From Azolla caroliniana (lineage: Eukaryota > Plantae > Polypodiophyta): DNA of 64,000 nt. This document shows, in pieces, positions 10,368 to 20,600 of this stretch. The stretch is from contig JBHGNT010000006.1 in NCBI GenBank assembly GCA_043228905.1, forward strand, positions 11,160,001 to 11,224,000, read 5' to 3'. Each line of letters opens with the position of its first letter. Position 1 is the stretch's first letter. The position numbers and the translations under genes were made by a program. The notes beneath the pieces were generated by a model. It worked only from the letters and a program-made list of their open reading frames with translations, did no database searches and had not been told where the DNA came from.

Positions 10368-12016
10368 AGTCCTGGATGAGATCAGCCCATCGTGCCTTAC
10401 GACCTTTCAGGTCTTGTTGGTCACAAAAATATTTCAAGGACTCGTGGTCCGTAGTTACCACAAAGTGATTTCCATAAAGATAATGGCGCCATGTTTTGAG
10501 TGCATGTATAATTGCAAATAATTCCTTTTCTTGAACGGTATACCGACATTGAGTAGAATCAAGTTTCTTACTCTCGACTACTATTGGTTTACCATCTTGA
10601 TACAAGACAACACCTATAGCATAATCACAAAGATCAGGGTAAAAGAAGTGAAGGAGCCTTGCAAACCAGGTCCTTGAGTTCCTTAAAGGCGAGGTCTAGT
10701 GTAGCATTCCACACAATAGGTTTTGTAGACTTACGCGTTTGACCTTTTAAAAGATCAGTAAACAGCGTCGTCAATTGGGAGTAACTACGAAGAGACTTTC
10801 GCAAAAACCCGACAAAACCAAGGAATGATCGAACTTCTCGAATATTCCGAAGAGTGGGCCAAAGCTTGATTTTCTCAATGCGAGAATGGTCAATTTCAAC
10901 TCCTCGTTCGGTTATGAGATGTCCTAGATAAGGAATTGATTTCTTGAAGAACTCACATTTTGAGATCTTCGCATAAAACTCTTTGTCACGCAATGTTTGT
11001 AAAACAAAGCGGACATGTTTAGCATGTTCTTGTAATGTACGGCTATAAACTAAAATATCATCCAAGAAAATAACGACAAATTTTCCAAGTTGTTCTCGGA
11101 AAATGTCATTCATTTCTTGTTGAAAAGTAGCCGGAGCATTGGTCAAACCAAAAGGCATAACCAAAAACTCGTAATGGCCATAGCGCGTACGAAATGTCGT
11201 TTTAGGAACATCGTCCTCACTTATTCGTATTTGATGGTAGCTAGTACGGAGATCAAGTTTCGTAAAATACCGAGCTCCTTGGAGACGGTCAATTAGATCG
11301 TCAGCCCGCGGCAATGGGTACGAATTCTTGATTGTCACTTTATTCAAGCGTCGGTAATTAATACACATACGCCATGTGCCCTCTTTCTTTTTTACCAAGA
11401 GAACTGGTGCACCCCATGGAGATTTACTATAACGTATATAACCCATTCATAAATAGTCCTTGAGTTGCTTAGATACCTCATCTTCTTCGGATTGACTTAA
11501 GCGATACAGAAGTATACTTATTGGTGCAACACCAGGTACAATATCTATACGATGGTCTATATTACGTTTAGGAGGTAACCCATCAGGTAGTTCACTTGGA
11601 AAAACATCATGAAAATCATTTAAGATTTCATCAAGTTGTTGTTGTTCAAAATATGTTAATTGAATCGGGACATTATCGATATTGTAAACGTCAATGTCCG
11701 GATCAAGTACACAATAAAATAACGTAGAACGAGACAACTCGGATATTGATGGACACGAGGAAACAATCGCGAGGGATTGTTTTTTTACACATTGAATAAA
11801 ATGCGTACAATCGTTCAATACAAAAGAAATGGAATGACGAACCCAATCAATAAATAAAGAAGAGTTTTTATTATAAAACCAGGGATAACCCAGTATTACA
11901 TCGGTGGTACAAAGATTCATTACATGGAAGTCTACTTCCTCTATATAAGTATCAATAGAAATTCCTAATGAATGAATCGCCCTGTTGATGTATTGTACTC
12001 TTCCATCAGCCAAGTG
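10368..12016 (-). pseudogene. Inverted PR(C-term)-RT-RNase H segment of C
   Basis: Minus-strand [48 protein letters not shown]. Confidence 0.93.
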
Positions 12017-13285
12017 CACCCTGGAATACATCGTACACTCGTTCTCATCTCCACTCAATTTTATTGGCCTAAGATGCGTCCTGACATACATAGCTATGTG
12101 ACTAAATGTCACCAGTGTCAGGTTAACAAAGCCGATCGACTTAAAGCCGCAGGACTTTTACATCCCTTGGACATTCCCAATATTAAGTGGGAAAGTATAT
12201 CCATGGATTTTATTGTTAGCCTTCCTCGCACCCAAAAAGGTCATGATGCCATCTGGGTTGTCGTTGATCGACTAACTAAAATGGCCAGATTTATTGCTAC
12301 TAAAACCACGGTAACAGCTCCTGAATTGGCTTACCAATTCGTTGACGAATTGTTTCGTTTTTATGGGTTACCGATGGATATCGTGAGTGATCGAGATCCA
12401 AAGTTTACTAGAGACTTCTGGACGCAAGTCTTTAAGAAGTTAGAAACTACGTTGAGCATGAGCTCCACGGATCATCCTCAATCCGATGGACAGACAGAAC
12501 GAGTAAATCAAATTATTGAGGACATGCTTCGAGCATACGTTGGTGCAAAACCAACAAAATGGGAACGTTATCTCCCAATTTTGGAGTTTGCTTATAACAG
12601 CTCCAAGCATACGTCGACGGGATATAGTCCTTTTATGTTGATGTATGGTTTTCAGCCACGAGCCCCGATTGATGTTAATATACATCATGATGAGTTGCGA
12701 AGTACGCAAAACTTTCTTCGGGATATGCAAGATATGATGCATATTGCACGAGATAATATAAAAACAGCTCAAGATAGAGCGCGTTTTTATACCGATCATC
12801 ATAGGCAACCTTGTGTATTCAACCCTGGACAGAAGGTATTTTTACGTGTACCTCACAATTCTAAAACATTGTCTACGGGTAAGTGTGCTAAGTTAGCCCC
12901 ACGGTTTTGTGGACCTTTTACAGTCCTCAAACGCATTGGGTCATCAGCCTATCGTCTTGGTCTTCTCGATGGTGTTGGAATTCATCCAGTCTTCCATGTG
13001 AGTCGTTTGAAAGAACTTCTAGGTTCTGGCGACAATACAGTTACAACTGAAACTCTGGTTACTTCTGAAGAATTATCTTCTAAACCACATGTACCAGAAA
13101 GAATTCTCGATGTTAAAACAAAAAAATTACGTACTAAAGAAATCCGAGAATTTAAAATAAAATGGATGGATAAATCAATAAAAGATGCCACATGGGAACG
13201 CGAAAATACTCTCAGAACTAATTTCCCTAACTTTCCATTGCAAGAGTACAATGTTTTAAAGAGGGGGAGTATGTTACGGGCATGA
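12017..13285 (+). pseudogene. Integrase + chromodomain of C (N-terminus lost)
   Basis: HPG...CHQC, SMDF, SDRD, GQTER, GPF, HPVFHVS, FKIKW...ATWE. Confidence 0.93.
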
Positions 13286-13727
13286 CCATTTAATATCCCG
13301 TGGTGAGAATTTACCGTAGTATTCTATACACGTGGATAAGTGTGAGGGTTAAACGAGAGTGTAAAGAAGGGGAGGATTACTTTTAATCCTCGGGATTGAG
13401 ACAACCCATTAGGTCAAGTGTGAACTTGACTGGGGGCCTTGGGTATCGCTATAAATAAGAGGCCTAGCTACCCTCATTTGATCATCTTTTTGACTACATC
13501 GAGACTCTGCTCTTGTGGTGGGTCAACTCTTGTAGCGAGCGCGCCAGCACCAGGTACGACTCGACGCCACGGCGGTGGTATGGGACGCCGATCGAGGCTC
13601 GAGTCCGTCTCGATCCCTTCGCTCGGGGGTGGTCGGGTGGATCGGCACCCTTCTTTCTCTATCTCATTTCTATCTATCATTTGTTTATCCTTATCTTAAT
13701 CTTACTTTAGTACTTCGATCTCTAATA
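13272..13727 (+). repeat. 3' LTR of C
   Basis: After PPT, followed by TSD CCTAG. Confidence 0.93.
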
Positions 13728-13732
13728 CCTAG

Positions 13733-16700
13733 CGTGCAGGTTCGGAGCTTTCCAAACGGTAGTATGTACAAGGGAGAATACACCGTCATTTTTCGACTTA
13801 CAATCGATGCTCCTTGTAGAGGAGAAGCATGCCGGTGTGTCAACTATTGCACCCACTTACACCCGGATGCTATACACAGAGGCGGATCGGCTTCGTGGGT
13901 GTGGTGGATGAAACGGGTCGGCTCGCAATGGTAGCGGCGAGCAAGAGCATGACCGAAGGCACAGAGAACGTGTCGACATCAGTCCTAGACCCTCCACAAG
14001 TAGGGGGAGTCAAGGCAGCGCCGGAGGCTGGCAAGCAAAGGCCGACACGGAATGTTGGTACTGTGGCAAAAAGGGCCACAGGGAAAGCAAGTGCTGGGAG
14101 AAGCGCGCCGATTCGGACAGATCCGGATCCGGCATGGCCGGCAGAGAGAACCGGCAACACCCGCAATACGCAGAAGGATCGGGAGGATCCAAAATCGGAA
14201 AAGCCGGTAAAGGACCAGCCTTGGTGATGAAACACAAGGCTAACTCGATGAAGAAGACCACTTCCAAATTGGAGGAAGTGTGGTACGTTGATTCCGGTGC
14301 GTCGAATCACATGACGAGCCACAAAGAGTGGTTCTCTTTCTTCGAGAAACCGGAACAACCAGGAGTTGTCGAAACTGGAGACGACACTCCACACCCAATC
14401 GTGCATGTCGGAGAAGTCCCTTTGAGCCACGTCGGACAGAGGGGGAAGTTGATGAACGTATTACACGTTCCGACCATCACGAAGAACCTGGTGTCGGTTG
14501 GATAGATTGTCGACCAGGGAATGTAGGTGCGGTTTACGCACCTCGGGTGCTTCATCGAGGAAGAGGGTCAAATCATTGCACAAAGGCTTAGAGACAGGAG
14601 GATGTTTATCCTCGACACCAATGACTTCGGCACCGCTTTGTTCACCAAAGGACAGAATATTGAATCGGATATTGATCTCTGGCACAAGCCTGATCGGCCA
14701 CGTCAATTACCGGAGGCTTCAAGACTTACAAACGAAACAAGTTGTTATCGGTTTGCCGAAGTTTAGTGGCCGGAAGGCCCATGTATGTGAGGCCTACCAA
14801 CTCGAGAAGCAACACCGGCTTCCATTCCCCACCGAACGAAACCGTAGCCGTAACAAGCTCGACCTTATTCATTCAGATGTATGGGGACCGGCACAGAATG
14901 TTAGTCTTGGTGAGAGTCGGTATTTCATCTCCTTCATCGATGACTACAACTGGCACACATGGATCTACCTCATTGAGCGGAAGAGCAAAGTCTTCGAGTG
15001 TTTCCCGAACTTGCAAAGCCTAGTTGAACGGGAAACGAAGAGGAAGATCAAGTGCCTGGAGTCGGATGGCGGAAAAGAATATTTTTCCGGCCAATTCAAC
15101 AGTTATCTGCAGCAAAAAGGAATTCAGAGAGAGTTCAGTTGTAGATACACACCGGAGCAAAACGGTGTGGTCGAAAGGAAGAACCGGTCGATTGTTTACG
15201 CGGCGAGGGCAATGCTGGAGGAGAAGAGCATGCCCCATTTCTATGGGCTGAGGCGGTCCGGATGGTTGTCTACATCTAAAACCGGATCAGTGACAAGGTG
15301 TCCACGCATGAGTTGTATTTCGGATGCAAGCCGAATTTGAGACACCTTCGGATATTCAATACCATTGCATATGTGCATGTGCCGGATGAGAAGCAGAGGA
15401 AGTTGGATGCAAAGTCGGAGAAATGCATCCTGGTCGGTTACTCGCATGAGCAAAAGGGGTATAAGTGTTATAACTCCCTGACGAAGCAGGTCCGAGTTAG
15501 CCAGGATGTTGAGTTTGATGAGACGGCATCATGGTATGCCTTACCGACTCCGACTTTCGACCACGACCCGATACGGAGGATGAGGCTAGTGAGCCTGAAC
15601 CGGTCTAGTTAGAAGAGGAAGATCTTCGCACTCCAGAAGAGAGTCCAATCACATTCCGGCTAAATAGACCGAATGAGCGGTTGAGTCCGGATGACCAGTC
15701 GGATGAGGAACTGGCATGTAGTGGAGACTCTGTCGTGCTCTCCGCGCGCAAGGAACCGAGGAGACAGTTCACGTGCAAAGAAAAGGGGAAGAAGAAGATG
15801 CGGGAATACAAAACCGGCAACGCTGAGTCGGATCGGAGCAAATCCGACTCCGGAAAGGATGAAGGCGGATCTTCGGGAATGAAGTCCGAACCGGCCAAGA
15901 AGGGCCTCAAACCGGGTAACGAAAAGTTACGCGGGTCTTCCCGCCAGAAGAACCTCATGAAGTGGTACACGTACAATGAGTACATGGTGCATCACAATGC
16001 GTACATGACCAAGGTGGCGGAAGTGCGTGAGCCGGAGAGCTACGCAGAAGCGGCAAAGGATGCAAGTTGGCGTGCCGCTATGGAGGAAGAAATGTGGGCA
16101 CTTGATGCCAACGACACATGGGACCTCATTGACCCTCCCCGACACTGTAAACTGATCTGATGTAAGTGGGTGTACAAGGTAAAGTACAATGTTGACGGTT
16201 CGGTTAACCGGCACAAGGCCTCGTTTGGATGGTCCGGTTTGCATCTTGTTGTATGTTGATGATCTAGTCAGCCGAGTCGGGTTAACCAGTCGAGTCGGAC
16301 CATCCAAACCTTGACGGGCGGTATGCCGACTGAAGAAGTCGCTTTACGGCTTGAAGCAAGCCCCCCGAGCTTGGAACGCGAAGATCACGCACCGGTTGCA
16401 TAAGCTGGGGTTTGCTGTCTCTAAGTCGGACTCTTCGTTGTTCATCCGGCAAAGCTCTGACGGTCCGATCTGTATACTCTTGTATGTGGATGATTTAGTC
16501 ATCACCGGACCGGGTCTTCCCGAAATCAACCGCTTCAAGTCCCAGTTGTCGGACGCATTCGAAATGAAGGACCTGGGGGACCTTCATTATTTTCTTGGGC
16601 TCGAAGTCATCCGGACCCCCGATGGCATATTGCTCTCACAACGACATTACATGTTGAATATGCTGTATAAGTTCGGCATGACGGATTGCTGACCTGTCTC

Positions 16701-17106
16701 CACACCCCTGGACAGGAAGCAGAAGCTCCGTCCCAACTCCGGACCGGCCTGCAATGAGAAACCGTTCCGACAGGTTGTCGGAAGCCTGATTTACTTAACC
16801 ATCACCCGACCCGACATCAGCTATCCGGTCGGGATGGTAAGTCAGTTCATGCAGGAGCCGACCGTGGAGCACCTTCAGTGCGCGCAACGAATATTACGGT
16901 ATGTCAGCGGCACTAAGGACCAGGGACTGCTATACCAGCGAGGTATACCCGAAGAGCTCGTCGGTTACACAGATGCTGACTGGGCCGGCGATGCATCTGA
17001 TCGTCGCTCCACTTCCGGATACATGTTCTCTATAGGTAGCGCGGCCGTTGCGTGGAGCAGCAAGAAGCAGCCCACAGTGGCTTTGTCAAGCATTGAGGCT
17101 GAGTAC
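13733..17106 (+). pseudogene. Copia gag-PR-INT-RT-RH of B (middle part)
   Basis: [54 protein letters not shown]; many stops and frameshifts. Confidence 0.92.
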
Positions 17107-17562
17107 TGTTACCCGGACCCGGACAGTCAGTTTTACCGAACAGGTGGGAAAGCGTCGAAAAACAGAGTCGGTTCGGATCGACTGTTCGGATCAATGACTC
17201 AGCAGTAAAACGAAGAGAACTAAGTTAGTTAGATAATTTTGTAAATCTTGTTAGAGAGTAGGAATAGTTCTTGATGAGAAAAGACCTTCGGTATACCTAT
17301 AAAAGGGAACCAAAGGCATTGTAAGAAAGGTCGTTTTATTTAGTAATATAAGTTTAAGTTAGGAATATCTTGTACGGCTTCTGTGTTTCTTTGTTGTCTA
17401 TGATCTTAAGTGCAAGCTTCCTAATTTATAGCTAAATAACGATCACGATAATTACCGGTTAATATAGCAATTCCGTTCGTAAAACACAATTCCTTGTTAG
17501 AACGTTGAGTAGCGACGTTCACTCTTCTGTATCGGTAGTAGTTAGTAATTAGCCGATTAACA
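17107..17562 (+). repeat. 5' LTR of D
   Basis: TGTTACC...TTAACA; TATAAAAG at ~17298. Confidence 0.96.
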
Positions 17563-17573
17563 CAGGAGAATTT

Positions 17574-17586
17574 TGGCACGCCCGGT
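17574..17586 (+). promoter_or_regulatory. PBS, tRNA-Arg
   Basis: TGGCACGCCCGGT is complementary to the plant tRNA-Arg(UCU) 3' end as I recall it (..ACCGGGCGTGCCA); 11 nt from LTR end. Confidence 0.75.
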
Positions 17587-17621
17587 TACATCTGCAATTA
17601 AGCAGAGAACAATTCGAATGG

Positions 17622-20600
17622 ATGTCGTATGAAGAGGAGGCACCGGTCAGTTGTAAGCGCCCTCGTACAAGGTCAGTTACGAAGGTAGGGCACCAAGCGT
17701 TCATTACGCAAGAACAGCCGGAATCAAGCACAAAGTGGTCGAAACTCCCTGACTTATCCGATCAATTACCTTCAGACGAAAAACAGACGGAAGAGGTATC
17801 GTTTTACGACATTTGGGACGATATGCCTTATACTTATTCTAAGTTCCGGGAAGGAACAGATGCAGAAGCACATGTTAGGGATTTCTTAACGACATGGGAG
17901 ATTAACCATGGAGCTCAGCGATTGTCGGCAGATGCCGAAGATAAGTCAAAAATCGCTGAGTTTGTCTTATCATTAGACGGATATTCCGCTAATTGGTTTG
18001 CGCAGAACGGTCTTCAAGGATTTCCATCCTTCGAAGTATTAACTAGTAAATTTTTACAATTATTTCATCAACAAATTCCGCAGAAGGATTTGATTGCGCA
18101 ATTTTATGCGTTATATCAAGAAAAAAATGAAACAGTATCTCAGTTTGTGATACGATTTCAGAACTTACAGCTTCAGATTTCAAGACCGATTCCGGATAAA
18201 GAATTAAAAGAAGTCTTTCTAGAAGCTGTAAAAGAACCATTAAGGACGACATTGAAAGTGTTCGATTTTCGAAATCAGACTATCGAACAAGTCATTGATA
18301 AAGCAATAGAAATGGGTCGACCACCGGTCAATGTTCAGAGTATGGACATGTCGGCATTACACCGTACATTACCAACAATGGAGGAGTTACAATTTCGACA
18401 AGCAGTGCAATGCACCACTTGTTTAAATACGGGGCATTCGGCAATTGACTGTACGTTAAGAACACATTGTACAATATGTCATTCAAAATTACATTCCGTA
18501 GAACAATGTGAATATAATCTGCTTAATAAGACTACGGCGTCAGTACGACAAATTTTTGCTGACAATGGTTACCAAAATAACACTAATCTGTTCAATGGTT
18601 ATCAAAATAATAATTTTTCACAAAATCAACAAAATGTACAACAGAACCCGGTTCTACAGCCAAATCAGATCTTTTCACAACAAAATTTGCAACCCACTCC
18701 AGTGACTCAAGCATTTCAACCAAGTTTTGCTCAATCCAACCCACCATTCGTACAGAATCCGAACCAATATTTTCAACAAAATAATCAAAGTTTCCAACAA
18801 GGTAATCCACCATTTCAAGGGTTTCAACAGAACTGTCCGAATGTGCAACCGAATTCTACATTTCAACCAAATCCGGCATTTCAACCGGGTAATATGACTT
18901 TTCAACATAATACTCAAACTGTTCCACAAAATAATCAAATGTTTCAACAGAGTAATTTTTCGCCAAATCAGGAGTTCGGGATACCACATAATATAGTACA
19001 ACCAAATGATAATACTGAACAATTTAGGCCGAATAGGTATAAAAACAAGCGATTTTACAAACCAAAAGCTACACGCCAATACCAACAAAACTCGAATGGT
19101 AATGAAGAGCAGCAATTTAATAACGGGCAATTTGCACATGGAGAGACCAGTGCAACATTTGTGCCCACTTGTTACATTTGTCGACAACTAGGTCATTATG
19201 CTAATCAATGTCCGGTTAAAGGAAAGGGTCCAGCAGTTAATATGGTAATACCGGAAGTTCAGCAAGTAACGACACGCAGCAAAAGCAAACAATCAGAGTG
19301 GGAAATTCAGGAAGAAGTTCGGAAGGCCGCAAAGGAATGGGTAGATGAAGCAAATCAAAGTAATGTCAATCGAATGTTACAAGATAATAACATCGACCAG
19401 GACATCGCTGTACAACAGTCATTGGAGAATAAGGAACAGGAAGAAACTTGGAAACTGTTGGCTGATTGTCAAGTATCATTACCACTTAAGGGCTTACTTA
19501 AGTTAGTACCAAGGTTTACAGAAAAAGTGGCAGCATTAATTACATATAAAGGTTCCGAACAAATAGCAGTACACTACAATCAGCCAAGTAATAACCCTTC
19601 GATCATGGATGAACAGAATCCGTCTATTAAGGTAATACTTTACGGGCAAGAAATCGGAAATGTGATTATAGATGGAGGCTCGGGTGTTAATGTGATTAAC
19701 AAAACTACATGTGAAAAGCTGGGAATCACGGAATGGGAAGCATGTCCGTTTTGGTTACGAATGGCAGATACAAGTACGGTACGACCGATTGGTTTGCTTC
19801 GACAACTGGATGTAATAATCGGGGGACACAGTTTTCAGATTTCGGCAGTAATTTTGCAGTTAGAAGCACAGGGAGCATACCCCTTGTTATTGGGGAGACC
19901 ATGGTTAAAGACAGCTAATATTAAACAAAATTGGAAACAAAATGTGCTAACATTTAGAAAAGGAAAAAACAAGGTCAGGATTCCGACGCACAACAAAGTG
20001 ACAACAAGCAAACAGAGTTTACCTGTATATGCAGAAGCAGTTAATATGATGGAAGGATTAGACGAGGAAGAAGAAAGTCAGTATTTTGATGATAATCAAA
20101 AAATAATCCCTCTATTTGAGGTAGATATTTTGCAAGCATTAACACCATATGTAGACTCACACGAAGAAGTGCCAATCGATGAGCAAACAATAAAAGAAAT
20201 ACGGATGCAACAAGAAGCTACAGATAAGGAATTGCAGGTATCCCAGAGAGTGCAAGCCTCAGCATTGGAGGAAATTGATTTGGCAGGAGTAGAGGATGCT
20301 GAAAGAAAAACAATCTTGATTGCTAGAGATTTGATGGAAAATGACAAACGGACATTAACAACATTACTATTACAATATAAAGATGTTTTTGCATGGTCCT
20401 TTGACGATATGAAAGGTTTGGATCCCGCTTTTTGTCAACATCAAATCAATTTGCATAAAGATGCAAAGCCAGTACAACAACGCAGGTACAGGTTGAATCC
20501 GAATTATGCTATCAAAGTAAAAGAAGAAATCGATAAACTCTTAAAAGTAGGATTTATTCGACCCGTCAAAAAATCAACATGGCTGAGTCCGATAGTAGTC

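Larger units (their letters stand above)
7459..13727 (+). mobile_element. Ty3/Gypsy chromovirus C with internal inversion
   Basis: 456-bp LTRs 7459-7914 and 13272-13727 (about 8 differences by eye); TSD CCTAG; PBS TGGTATCAGA 7917-7926; PPT AAGAGGGGGAG; integrase with chromodomain-like tail. Confidence 0.93.

Noticed and set aside
11972-12112. N-termini of the 437-aa plus ORF and 221-aa minus ORF
   Set aside because: Artefacts of reading across the inversion breakpoint
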